A DNA stretch of 64,000 nt from Alphaproteobacteria bacterium (GTDB lineage: Bacteria > Pseudomonadota > Alphaproteobacteria > MPNO01), in contig CBDFLJ010000001.1 of NCBI GenBank assembly GCA_965248835.1, positions 256,001 to 320,000 of the forward strand, written 5' to 3'. Positions 1 through 10,482 of the stretch are shown here, in pieces. How positions within the stretch are numbered: the stretch's first letter is position 1; the number at the start of each line of letters is the position of its first letter. The notes beneath the pieces are model-generated. The model saw nothing but the letters and a program-made list of their open reading frames with translations, was not told the DNA's origin and ran no database searches. The position numbers and the translations under genes are program-made.

Positions 1-15
1 TAACCAATTCGTTAT
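1..15. promoter_or_regulatory. Possible LysR-type autoregulatory site (TAACC-AATT-CGTTAT), cut by the window edge
   Basis: Interrupted TAAC...GTTA dyad 15 bp upstream of the LysR start; resembles PcaQ-type ATAACC-N4-GGTTAA sites. Confidence 0.3.
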
Positions 16-29
16 ATTCTCTAAGGTAG

Positions 30-1025
30 GTGGCGCCGCCGACGATGTCCGGCCTGAACCGGTATCTCCGTCATCATCTGAATATCCGGCATCTGCGTGT
101 GCTGGTCGCGCTCGACGATCACCGGAATGTCGGTCGGGTCGCCGCCTATCTCAACGTCACCCAGCCGGCTGTTTCCAAGACGCTGGCGATGCTCGAATCC
201 GGTCTCGGGATGCAGCTGTTCATGCGCGGCCGGCGCGGCATGGAGCCCACCGATGCGGGCGCTTGCCTGGTGCGTCACGCGCGCGAGATCCTGTCGCGCC
301 TGAACGAGGCCGGGATCGAACTGCGTGACATCGCCGAAGGTCAGGTAGGGCAGGTCTCGCTGGGCGTGCTGCCTTCCGCGGCGGTTGTGCTGGTCCCGCG
401 TCTCATTGCCAGGCAGGAGTCGAACGTCGCCTCCGTGGCGATCTCGGTCACCGAGGGAACCATGGCGACGCTCCTGCCCGCGCTTCGCGCCGGGGATATA
501 GACATGACCGTGGGGGTGCTGCCGACGCCGCCGCTGGGCCCGGAATTCGGAACCGAAGTGCTGATGGAGGATCCGATAGCTGTGGTGGTAAGGCGGAACC
601 ACCCGCTCACCGGGCTGAAACACGTGTGCTGGAAGCATTTGGACGGATATCCGATGGTCCTTCCCCCGCAGACAGCCTACACTCGAGGGGCGATCGACGC
701 GATTCTCGCGCGGCACGACCTCTCCGTGTCCCGCCGCGTGGTCGAGTCGGTCTCCACGATGACCAATGTCGGCACGCTCCAGCTCACCGATTCCGTCGGG
801 TTCCTCTCCAGCGTGTTAGCGCAGCACTTCGAGAACCTCGGCGTCCTGACGATGCTGTCCCTCGATGTGCCCGACGGCGTGACCATGAGAATAGGCCTGA
901 TATGGATGATCGATCGACATTTCACAGCGGCGCACAGGCTTATTCGCACGGCCCTGCTCGAAACCAGCCGCGAGTTGCTTAGGGGCCTCCCACCGCCTGC
1001 AGAAACACCGATGGCTCTGTCCTAA
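30..1025 (+). CDS. LysR-family transcriptional regulator (PcaQ/GbpR-like)
   Basis: N-terminal HTH 'LNIRHLRVLVAL...AAYLNVTQPAVSKTLAMLE', then 'GMEPT' linker and substrate-binding domain. Confidence 0.92.
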   Translation: MAPPTMSGLNRYLRHHLNIRHLRVLVALDDHRNVGRVAAYLNVTQPAVSKTLAMLESGLGMQLFMRGRRGMEPTDAGACLVRHAREILSRLNEAGIELRDIAEGQVGQVSLGVLPSAAVVLVPRLIARQESNVASVAISVTEGTMATLLPALRAGDIDMTVGVLPTPPLGPEFGTEVLMEDPIAVVVRRNHPLTGLKHVCWKHLDGYPMVLPPQTAYTRGAIDAILARHDLSVSRRVVESVSTMTNVGTLQLTDSVGFLSSVLAQHFENLGVLTMLSLDVPDGVTMRIGLIWMIDRHFTAAHRLIRTALLETSRELLRGLPPPAETPMALS

Positions 1026-1065
1026 CCTCAATACAACCCTGTCCTGACTATGACTTGGGAATTTC

Positions 1066-1282
1066 TGATCCGCCCCCATGGAGTGGTCCAGTTTGCAAGA
1101 TTGTGCGACGGCCTCTCCCCGGACCCCGCCGCGGGCGGCGGGGCACAGGGCGATTCAAAGAATCTGATTGATTTTGCGTGACCTGATTCAAGAGATGATT
1201 CAAGAAGCTTTCTGACGGCGTGGATGTCAGGAGGTGTTGGCGATGACGGGAGCGACGATTGGGTGTGTGAGCTTGTGGGGGG
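1066..1282. mobile_element. Orphan IS ends: IS3-like terminus at 1066 and IS701-like left end at about 1146-1282
   Basis: TGATCCGCCCCCATGGAGTGGTCCA resembles an IS3 IR; CAGGGCGATTCAAAG followed by AGGAGG and ATGACGGGAGCGACGATT...TTGTGG resembles an IS701 start, cut off by IS6. Recognition from memory only. Confidence 0.3.
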
Positions 1283-1339
1283 GGCGTTGACAGACAAAAA
1301 TGGATTGATGGGCAGATAGGGCATCCATAGTTTTGCCAG

Positions 1340-1786
1340 ATGCGAAATCCCTTCGATTATTTCAACAGTTCGCCCGAGGTCATCCGCCTCGCGGTGATGA
1401 TGTATGTCCGCTACCCGTTGTCGCTGAGACAGGTCGAAGATCTGCTGTTCGAGCGCGGTATCGACGTCTGTCACGAGACGGTGCGGTTCTGGTGGCACCG
1501 CTTCGGTCCGCTGTTTGCCGCGGAGATCGGAAAACGCCGGGTTCGTCATCACTCGTATTCGAACTGGCGCTGGCACCTTGATGAGGCGTTTGTCCGGGTC
1601 AACGGCGAGACACATTATCCATGGCGCGCGGTTGATCACGAAGGGGAGGTGCTTGGGGTTTTTGCCCCGAAGCGGCGGGATCGCAGGGCAGCGCTGAAGT
1701 TCCTGAAGCGCACGATGAAGCGCTATGGCCGGCCGGCTTCGATCGTCACGGACAGGCTGTGGGTGTCCGATTCGCTGTGTAACTGA
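1340..1786 (+). pseudogene. IS6-family transposase, 3'-truncated
   Basis: 'YVRYPLSLRQVEDLLFERGIDVCHETVRFW', 'WHLDE', 'WRAVD', 'IVTD'; ends before the catalytic Glu. Confidence 0.88.
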
Positions 1787-1880
1787 TTTTCGTGTCGGTT
1801 AGAAACAACTGGACGCCTCCATTTACCTCGCGAATTTTGCCTGGTTGTGATTCTCTGCGGCGGTTCGGTTCGAGGAGGTA

Positions 1881-3005
1881 TTGATGAGGCAGGCTGGTCT
1901 GTTCGGCTTACCGGATCATCTTCGGAAGCTATCGGCGACGGGTGATCCGTTGGAGGTGCTGGCGCAGGTCGTCGACTTCGAGATTTTCCGCGCGCCGCTT
2001 GAGGCGGCGCTGGGCTATTCGGACGGATCGAAAGGCGGCCGCCCGGCCTACGATGCGGTGGCGATGTTCAAGGTACTGATCCTGGCCGCGCGGCACACGG
2101 TGAGCGACGAGCGGATGGAGTTTCTGATCCGCGACCGCTTGAGCTGGCTTCGCTTCCTGGGCTTCGATCTCGGAGCGCCGACGCCGGACCGCAACACCAT
2201 ATGGATCTTTCGCGAGCGTCTGGTCCGGGCCGGGGCGATGGATAAGCTGTTTGCCGCCTTCGATGGCGAACTGCGCCGGTGCGGCTATCTGGCGATGGGC
2301 GGGCAGATCGTCGATGCGACGTTGGTATCGGCGCCCAAGCAGCGCAACAGCGACGACGAGAAGGCGGCGATCAAGGCAGGCAAGAGGGCATCCGAGATCT
2401 GGCCCGATCAGCCGGCCAAGGCGGCGCAGAAGGACACGGATGCGCGGTGGACGGTGAAGACCGGGCGGCGCAAGAACCCCGCCGGGGCGCAACGGCGCAT
2501 GCCCGACATCGCGATCCCGGTGTTCGGCTACAGCGAGCAGGACCGTCGCGCCAGTGGCGCGGCGTAAGCCCGCGCAGCCCATGTCGTCATCGATCGGGCC
2601 TACGGCTTCATCCGCAGCTCGGCAGTGACCGATGCCGCCCGCCATGACGGCAAGATGTTGCGTCATCTCGTCACCGGCGACAATCTGGCCGCCGGCGTGT
2701 GGGCCGACAGCGCCTATCGCTCGAAGGCCAACGAGGCGTGGCTGGCCGGCAAGGGTCGGGTCTCCCACATCCACCGCAAGAAGCCGCCGGGCCGGGCCAT
2801 GCCCAAGGCGACCGCCCGGGCCAATGCCCGCAAGTCAGCGGTCCGTGCGCATGTCGAGCACGTCTTCGCCCAGCAGAAGGATCGCATGGGCCTGTTCGTC
2901 CGTACCATCGGGCTCGAGCGGGCGGCGGCCAAGATCGGCCTCGCCAACCTGGCTTATAATTTCCAGCGTCTGATCTTCCATGAGCGCAGCGCCGCCATGG
3001 CATGA
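1881..3005 (+). pseudogene. IS5-family transposase interrupted by an in-frame stop inside a short insertion
   Basis: 'GGRPAYD', 'DRLSWLRFLG', 'IVDAT', 'FGY', 'ADSAY', 'RAHVEHVF'; ORFs 1881-2567 and 2625-3005 share a frame, with TAA at 2565-2567. Confidence 0.88.
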
Positions 3006-3163
3006 GTCCGCCCGAATAGCGCCAAAACCCTCCGCCGAGAACGAAACGGCGGATGATTGCGGACGTCAACACCGCCGATCTCAGCGAAAGTCGGACAGCA
3101 CACCGAAATCTTCGTCAAATCCCCCGGTTGTGAGAGGTCTCCAGCTTTTTGTCGTTTCCAGCG

Positions 3164-4450
3164 TGACCTTCTCCCGACATTAGGGCCAGGTCGGCTGAGA
3201 GTGTTCCGTGTTGATCATAGCGCTCAAGGGCAGCTGAGTGGAGCCGTTGCGGAGCTCATGCGAAGCTGCCCGTGTTGCCAGATAGGCGGCCGGCGTCTGA
3301 TAGCCGAGCGCCGAATGCGGCCTGGCGGTGTTGTAGTGCACGCGCCAGGCCTCGATCACCGACCGGGCATGGGCCAGGCTGGTGAACCATTCCTCGTTCA
3401 GGCATTGATCGCGGAACCTTCCATTGAAACTCTCCACGAACGCGTTCTGCACCGGCTTGCCGGGCTCGATGAAGTGAAGGCCGACGCCGGTGCGCCGGGA
3501 CCACTCGAACATCGCCCGGGAAGTCAGCTCCGGACCGTTGTCCATGACCAGCGTCTCGGGCAGGCCACGGCGGGCGGCCATATCCTCGAGGAAGCGGACC
3601 AGCCGCGCCCCGGAGATCGACACGTCGACGATCTGGCCCGGGCATTCTCGGCTGTGGTCGTCGACGATGTTGAGGATGCGGAACCGCCGGCCCGAGGCGA
3701 GCTGGTCGGAGACAAAGTCCACCGACCAGCGCTGCATCGGCCGCTGCGGCACAGCCAGCGGCATGCGATCACGGCGTGGCAGCCGCCGGCGTACGCGACG
3801 GCGCACCTGCAGGCCTTCCTCGCGGTAGAGCCTGTCGGTCCGCTTGGCATTCACCACCAGGCCCTCACCGGCCAGCAGCACATGCAGGCGCAAGTAGCCA
3901 TAGCGCCGATAGCGCGCCGCCAGATCCTTCATGCGAACACGCAGAACCTCGTCCTGCTTGGGCGTCGGGCGATACTGCGCCACCGAACGCGACAGGCCGA
4001 CCACGCGACAGGCCGACCACGCGGCAGGCCCGCCGCTGGCTGTAGCTGCGCCGTTCCATCAGATAGCCCACGGCGTCCCGCCGCGCCGCGGGCTTCACCA
4101 GTTTTTTGATAGCAGATCCTTCAGCGAGCTTCACCAGTTTTTTGCGTTGTCCAAGTGCGCTTCCGCCAGAAGACGCTTCAGTTTGGCGTTCTCCGATTCC
4201 AGATCCTTCAGGCGCCGCGCTTCGGACACGCCCATGCCGCCGTACTTCGACTTCCAGCGATAGAAGGTCTGCTCCGAGATCCCATGACGACGGCACAGAT
4301 CCCGCGCCGTCCCGCCGGCCTCATGCTCCCGAAGCACACCGATGATCTGTTCGTCCGTAAACCGATTCCGCTTCATGTCGAGTTCTCCCTTCAAAAGTCT
4401 CCTCGGGAAAACTCTCTTCCGCTATGGCCCGGATCACGGGAGGAAGGTCA
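3164..4450 (-). mobile_element. IS3-family element (IS407-like): orfA 4131-4394, orfB 3180-~4100; damaged
   Basis: Terminal IRs TGACCTTCTCCCG (3164) and TGACCTTCCTCCCG (reverse, 4450); orfA 'KRNRFTDEQIIGVL', orfB DDE 'WSVDF...MDNGPE...ESFNGRFR'; no target duplication seen. Confidence 0.9.
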
Positions 4451-4487
4451 ATACGGCGTTCATGCACCGCTTTGCCGAGATCCCGAC

Positions 4488-4630
4488 ATGCCCCGCTTTT
4501 CGGCCAATATCTCGATGCTGTTCACCAAGCGCACGTGGTTGGACCGGCCGGCTGAAGACTGGCAACCGGCGATCAAAGCAGCGGGGCTCGTCGTCTCCGT
4601 CATCGACGTCCCGGTCGGCGACATGCTTAT
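4488..4630 (+). pseudogene. Hydroxypyruvate isomerase (Hyi)-like N-terminal fragment
   Basis: 'MPRFSANISMLFT' matches the Hyi N-terminus; internally deleted and truncated. Confidence 0.5.
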
Positions 4631-4634
4631 CCGA

Positions 4635-4903
4635 GGGAGGCGACGGAGGCCTTCTTCAACGGCCATGTCAGTGCCTTCGCCTTCCTCGTCGGGGTTCCCC
4701 GATCGGTCCTCTATGACACCACGACCCTGGCGGTGGCGCGGATCGTGGGCGACGGCACCCGCCGGTGCACCCGGGCTCATGCATCTACAGTCGTACTATC
4801 TGTTCCGCGACCAGTTCGGCCGGCCCGGCAAGGGCAACAACAAGGGGAAGGTCGAAGCCCTGGTGAAGACGGCACGGCGCCGGTTTTTCGTGCCGATCCC
4901 GGA
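4635..4903 (+). pseudogene. IS21-family IstA transposase internal fragment
   Basis: 'TEAFFNGHVSAF...GVPRSVLYD...ARIVGDG' and 'FGRPGKGNNKGKVEALV...FFVPIP' across frameshifts. Confidence 0.7.
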
Positions 4904-4963
4904 ATCGCCATCTATCGCGCCGGCCATACCTTCGAGCAGGCTGAGGACTGGACCGGTCTCTGA
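4904..4963 (+). pseudogene. C-terminal remnant of an upstream amidase paralog
   Basis: 'IAIYRAGHTFEQAEDWTGL*' parallels the C-terminus of the next gene, 'TVYRAAAAFEANFDWRSL*'. Confidence 0.55.
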
Positions 4964-4993
4964 ACGAAATAACCAACACAGGGGAACAGGCCG

Positions 4994-6508
4994 ATGACAC
5001 TTCAGGGTCCCAAAGCGTCGGAATTGCAGGATCTCGCCCGCTCCCTGGGCTTCGGACTGACCGACGAGGAAGCCAGGGAATACAGCGAGCTGCTCGCTCC
5101 GCTGGTGGCCATGGCCGACGCACAGCAGAAAATGCCGGACTATCTGCCGGAGGTGAAATATCCGCGAACGCCCGGGTACCGGCCGGAGGGCGAGGAAAAC
5201 AAATACAACGCTTGGTACTACAAGAGCCGGATCGAGGGGGCGCTAGAGGGCAAGCTGAAAGGCAGGACGGTCGCACTCAAGGACAACATCATGCTGGCCG
5301 GCGTGCCGATGATGAACGGCACTGCGGTCCTCGAGGGCTATGTTCCCGAGGTCGATGCCACGATCGTGCCACGCCTCCTCGATGCCGGGGCGACGATTCT
5401 GGGGAAGGCGCATTGCGAGAACTACTGCCTTTCGGGCAGCAGCCATACCAATGCGACCGGCCGCTGCCACAACCCCCACCGGATGGGCTACAGCGCCGGC
5501 GGCTCGTCTTCCGGCAGCGCGGCGCTGGTGGCGGCCGGCGAAGTCGACATGGCGATCGGCGGCGATCAGGGCGGGTCCATACGGATGCCGGCCTCGTTCT
5601 GCGGCATCTACGGATTGAAACCCACATACGGTCTCGTGCCCTATACGGGGGTTCTGGGGATCGAAGCCGCTTTCGACCATGTCGGGCCGATGACGGCGAC
5701 CGTCGCCGACAACGCCTTGATGCTCGAGGCCATTGCGGGTCCGGACGGCATAGACGGACGGCAGCGCGATGTCGTCACGCATCCCTATTCGGAAATGCTG
5801 GACGGCGGGGTTTCGGGATTGCGGATCGCCGTGATCGAGGATGGATTCGACCACCCCGGTTCCCAGGCGGAGTCCGATGCGGTGGTTCGCGCCGCCTGTG
5901 CCAGGTTCGGCGAACTCGGCGCGGAGGTCGAGACCATCGCCTTCCCGCTGCATCGCGAGGCCGCGGTCATGTATTTACCGGCCCTCGCAGAGGGGCTCAC
6001 CCGGGAAATGATGCTGCAGGGCGGTGTATTCTACGGCCTGCCCGGATTGTATGTCGGCGGAGCGCTCGAACGCAGCAACGGCTGGACCGACCGCGCGCAT
6101 GCACTGCCGCCGACCGTCCGCGTCTTCACTCTGCTCGGGGCCTACTACATGGAGACCCTGGGCGGGCGCATATATGCCAAGGGGATGAACCTGCAGCGCA
6201 AGGCGAAGGACGGATTCGCGCGCCTGATGGAGAACTTCGATCTCCTCTTGATGCCGACCGTGCCGCTGGTGGCGCAACCTTTCCCGGCAGCGGATGCCTC
6301 GATTACCGAATATTGCGATCACGCTTGGAACATGTTGGCCAACTGTCCGACCTACAACTACACCGGCCAGCCTTCGATGTCGGTGCCCTGCGGCACAGTC
6401 GACGGCCTTCCTGTCGGTCTTATGATCACGGGCCGCTGGTGGGACGAGCCGACCGTCTACCGGGCTGCGGCGGCGTTCGAGGCGAATTTCGACTGGCGTT
6501 CTCTCTGA
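4994..6508 (+). CDS. Amidase-signature family amidase
   Basis: 'ALKDN' (catalytic Lys), 'GGSSSGSAA', 'GGDQGGSIRMPAS'. Confidence 0.93.
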   Translation: MTLQGPKASELQDLARSLGFGLTDEEAREYSELLAPLVAMADAQQKMPDYLPEVKYPRTPGYRPEGEENKYNAWYYKSRIEGALEGKLKGRTVALKDNIMLAGVPMMNGTAVLEGYVPEVDATIVPRLLDAGATILGKAHCENYCLSGSSHTNATGRCHNPHRMGYSAGGSSSGSAALVAAGEVDMAIGGDQGGSIRMPASFCGIYGLKPTYGLVPYTGVLGIEAAFDHVGPMTATVADNALMLEAIAGPDGIDGRQRDVVTHPYSEMLDGGVSGLRIAVIEDGFDHPGSQAESDAVVRAACARFGELGAEVETIAFPLHREAAVMYLPALAEGLTREMMLQGGVFYGLPGLYVGGALERSNGWTDRAHALPPTVRVFTLLGAYYMETLGGRIYAKGMNLQRKAKDGFARLMENFDLLLMPTVPLVAQPFPAADASITEYCDHAWNMLANCPTYNYTGQPSMSVPCGTVDGLPVGLMITGRWWDEPTVYRAAAAFEANFDWRSL

Positions 6509-6704
6509 GCCCACCCTTCGCTGTTATCCGGGATGGACACATGACCCCTCAGAAACACCGAAAATCAACGGGTTAGAACGCCGACCGGGGACCGTACCGG
6601 ATAGTGAATGGATGGCGCTCAACGGGGATGCGGATGCCGCACAAGGCTTATCCCTGAGCGTCCGGGGCCACCAAATGTGGTGATGTGGTGCGAGGTTAGT
6701 GATA

Positions 6705-6719
6705 GAACATAATATGAAC
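6705..6719. promoter_or_regulatory. Alphaproteobacterial LexA (SOS) box GAAC-N7-GAAC
   Basis: GAAC ATAATAT GAAC, exact consensus with AT-rich spacer, intergenic, 24 bp upstream of ATG 6744. Confidence 0.65.
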
Positions 6720-6752
6720 ATTACCACCTCGGGATGCCCAGAAATGACCGAC

Positions 6753-8109
6753 AGAGGTGGCGCCGGAAAATCGGACAGGTAGCTAAGGTGTATTCCACCG
6801 CCTGACGGAGGAATACAGATGAGCAGCAAACGACGCAGATTTTCAGGGGAGCTGAAGGCGAAGGTGGCGTTGGCGGCGCTTCGGGGCGACCGGACGCTTC
6901 AGGAGATCGCCTCGCAGCATCAGGTTCATCCGAACCAGGTAGGCGCCTGGAAGCGCCAGGCGATGGAGGGTCTGGTGGAGGTATTCTCGAAGGGCGCCGA
7001 GCGTCGGGTCCGGGACCATGAGAGCGAGGTCCGCGATCTTCACGCCAAGATCGGGGAGCTGATCGTGGAGCGGGATTTTTTATCGCGCGGGTCCGGTCGA
7101 TGAGCCGGTCGGAGCGCCGCGCGATGGTTGTGCGCGACCACCCGGCGCTGAACCTGAGCCGGCAATGCCGCCTGCTGTCGCTCGGGCGTTCCTCGCTCTA
7201 CTACAAGCCCAAGGGCGAGAGCGCGGAGACGCTCGTGCTGATGCGGCGGATCGACGAGTTGTTCCTGAAGTACCCGTTTTACGGCGCCCGTCGGATGGCA
7301 CTTCACCTGCGCCGCAAGGGCGTGTGCATCGGCCGGCGCCGGGCCGGGCGGCTGATGCGCCTGATGGGACTTCAGGCAATCTATCGGGCGCCGCGCACCA
7401 GCGATCCGCACCCCGAGCACCGGGTCTGGCCCTATCTGCTCAGGAGCTTGACGATCGAACGACCGAACCATGTCTGGTGTGCCGACATCACCTACATCCC
7501 GGTGCAGCGCGGCTTCCTTTACCTGGTGGCGATCATGGACTGGGCGAGCCGGTTCGTCCTGGCCTGGCGGCTGTCGAACACGCTGGACGCGAGCTTCTGC
7601 ACAGACGCGCTCGACGAGGCCCTGGCCCGGCATGGCGCACCGGAGATATTCAACACCGACCAGGGCAGCCAGTTCACCAGCTTCGCCTTCACCGGGCGCT
7701 TGCAGGCGCCCGGCATCCGGGTCTCGATGGATGGCAGGGGCCGGTGCATGGACAATATCTTTATCGAGCGGCTGTGGCGTTCACTCAAATACGAGGCGAT
7801 CTATCTCCACGAGATCGCCGACGGCTTCACGGCCCGGCGACTGATCGCTGAATGGGTCAGCTTCTACAACACCGAGAGGCCGCACTCGGCGCTGGGTGGG
7901 AGAACCCCGGCCGAGGCCTGGCGAGGCGAGACGCCTGTGGATATGATGGACAAGCCGCTTCGCGCCTTGCCCTTGAACGCATGCGTTCAAGCCCCACAGG
8001 CGCAGCAACAACAGGAAGATCGCATGAAAGGGATTCTGGCGGCCTGATCGATAACCGGAATACACCTTAACTCAGCCGCCAGGCTGTCCGAAAAGGTGGA
8101 GCCACCTCA
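6753..8109 (+). mobile_element. IS3-family element: orfA 6819-7103, orfB 7100-8047
   Basis: IRs AGAGGTGGCGCC...TCGGACAG and CTGTCCGA...GGAGCCACCTCA; 3-bp TSD GAC (6750-6752 and 8110-8112); DDE 'ADITY', 'NTDQGSQF', 'IERLWRSLKYE'; ATGA overlap. Confidence 0.93.
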
Positions 8110-8870
8110 GACGTCTATGGCGCCGGTCTCGATCTCGAGGCGTTGACCAAGCTATGGAAGGAGAGATTAACCGAGATCCGGCAGATGCGGGTGAACCGCC
8201 CGGGCGGTGTGATCGACACGGTGCTCCCGCAGGTCACGCGGGCGGTCGCGGCGAGCACGCTCGCGGCGGTGACCGGGCGCATCGAGGCGGTCGCCTCGGG
8301 CAACGTGCCGGCGGCGACGGCCAGCATTGCCGGTCAATCGACGCTCTACCATGTCCTGAAATCGAACCAGCAGGCGCTGGAGGACGGCACGCTCGACCTG
8401 GCACGGGTGCTGGGCAGCTCGTCCTTCGCGCTCTCGCTCAACGCGGCGGAAGGCGGCAAGGTCGGCGGTGTCGGCGACATCGGGGTCTGGGGCCGCGGCG
8501 ATTACCGCAGTCTCTCGGGCGGTGATAGCAGCGCGGTGGAATGGGACGGCGACCTGTGGAGTGCCCATCTCGGCGCCGATACGCGGCTGCGCGAGAACCT
8601 GCTGGCCGGTCTTTCGGGCTCGATCTCCAGGGGTTCGTTCGACTACACGGACGGGAGCACCGGCACTGCGGCGGGCGGCACGCTCAAGAACCGTATGACC
8701 AGCGTGAACCCCTATGCGAGCTGGTCGGTGAACGAAGGTTTCAGTCTCTGGGGGACGGTTGGCTACGGCTGGGGCGAGCTTGAAATCGACGACGATGGCG
8801 GGATCCCGGAGTTGAGCGACCTGACGCAGTGGTCGGCGGCGCTGGGCGCGAGCGGCACGCTGCTCTCTAG

Positions 8871-10482
8871 CCCGATCTATTCATCCTGTCGGTGATTTTC
8901 GATGCTGCGGGCGTGGCGCGAACGGGTGGCTGACGCGGTGGTGCGTCTGTTTTCGGCTTTGTCTTGTCAGGCGTTTGGGGTTGAAGATCGTCGGGTTCGA
9001 GGGACACGCGGCCCCTGTGTTCAGGGTCCGGCGGTTGCGAGACGCCCGATCAGCAGGCGGAAGAGCGCGGCGTCGGGGCAGGCCGAGGCGAATTGGATGC
9101 GGACGCGGGCGGCCTTTTCGACGACGCGGGCGCCGATCTTGATCAGGCACAGCCTGAGGGTAGCGAACTCGGCTCTGGCGAGAGGCGCTGCTTGTGGAAT
9201 GGCGCTGCGCAGGGCGAGCATCAGCCAGTAGGCGCAGGTGTGCAGGACCAGCCTGAGCTGGTTGGCGGTCGGGCTCTGGCAAGAGGTTCGGTCGGAGGCG
9301 AGTTGGGTCTTGTGCAGCTTGATCAGGTTTTCGGCCTGGCCGCGGGCACAGTAGACATCTTCGTAGAGATGACGGGCCTCGCCGGTCAGCGAGGTGACGA
9401 TGGTGCGGGCATCGAAGCCGCGGGGGGTGGCCTCGAGACGGGCGACGACCCGGCGGTTGCGCTTCCAGGAGCCGGCGGCGTAGTCGAAGGCGGCAAAGGT
9501 CCGCATCTTTTCGGCGCCGGCTTTGGCGCGGCGCACCTTGAGGTCGTCGGCCGCCTCGTCCGCCAGAGCGCGCAGCACGCTGTTGCCCGCCAGGCCGAAG
9601 ATGTAATCGACGCCGTTGTCCTCGCACCACGCCATGGCCTCCGGCCGGCCGTAGTGGGAGTCTCCCCGGAAGACGATGCGGGTGCGCGGCCAGTGCCGGC
9701 GGATGCGGCGGACCAGATGCTTGAGGACGCTGCGAACCTCGGCTCCCGAGGGTGTCTTGCCCGGGCGCAGGAGAACCGCCACCGGCTTGCCGCTCTCGAC
9801 ATGGTAGACGTGGATGGGCAGGAAGCAGCGGGTGTCGTAATGGGCGTTGAACAGCGACAGCTGCTGGTGGCCATGCACCGGATCGCAGGTGTCGTCGATG
9901 TCCAGGGTGATGGTGGCGGGAGGCGCGGGGAAGCTGCGGCAGAAGATATCGACCAGCGCCGCCGTCATCTGCGCCGCCTCGATCCGCGAGGGCATGTTCT
10001 CCAGCCGACACATGGTCGGTTGCGAACACAACTCGCGGCCGCTTTCCGGCGCCTGCCCCACCGCAAGCTTGAACAGAGGGTCCGATCGCAAGCGGTCGCA
10101 ATCGTCGGCATCCTCGTAGCCGCAGGCGATCGCGAACATGCGAAAGCGCACCATCTCGGCCAGCGTGTGGGTGATCAGCGCCGGATCGCGACGATCCCGA
10201 ATGCACCCGGCCAGCAGACCGGCCAGGCCCAGACGGCGTTCCGCCTCGCGCAGCAGAACCAGGCCACCGTCAGAGGAGATCAGGCCGCCGTCGAAGGCAG
10301 CGCGCACTTTCTTGCGCCGGACGGCTGGCAGATCAAAGGCAAAAAGGCTATCGTCCGTCATGGTGGGTGTGGCGGTTCGTTGTTCGCGAAGAAACTCGCC
10401 TCGACAACGAATTTCTACACGATGACAACGAGTTACGCCATGCCCACCAACCCAAAATCAGGGTCGGAGTGAATAATCCAGG
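8871..10482 (-). mobile_element. IS1380-family element, transposase 9021-10361 apparently intact
   Basis: IRs CCCGATCTATTCA and TGAATAATCCAGG; 4-bp TSD CTAG (8867-8870 and 10483-10486); 'SSDGG', 'LDIDDT', 'RGDS', 'RGQAENLIK'. Confidence 0.94.

Noticed and set aside
4994-6508. GatA or nitrile hydratase operon
   Set aside because: No gatB/gatC or nitrile hydratase genes adjacent; treated as a stand-alone amidase.
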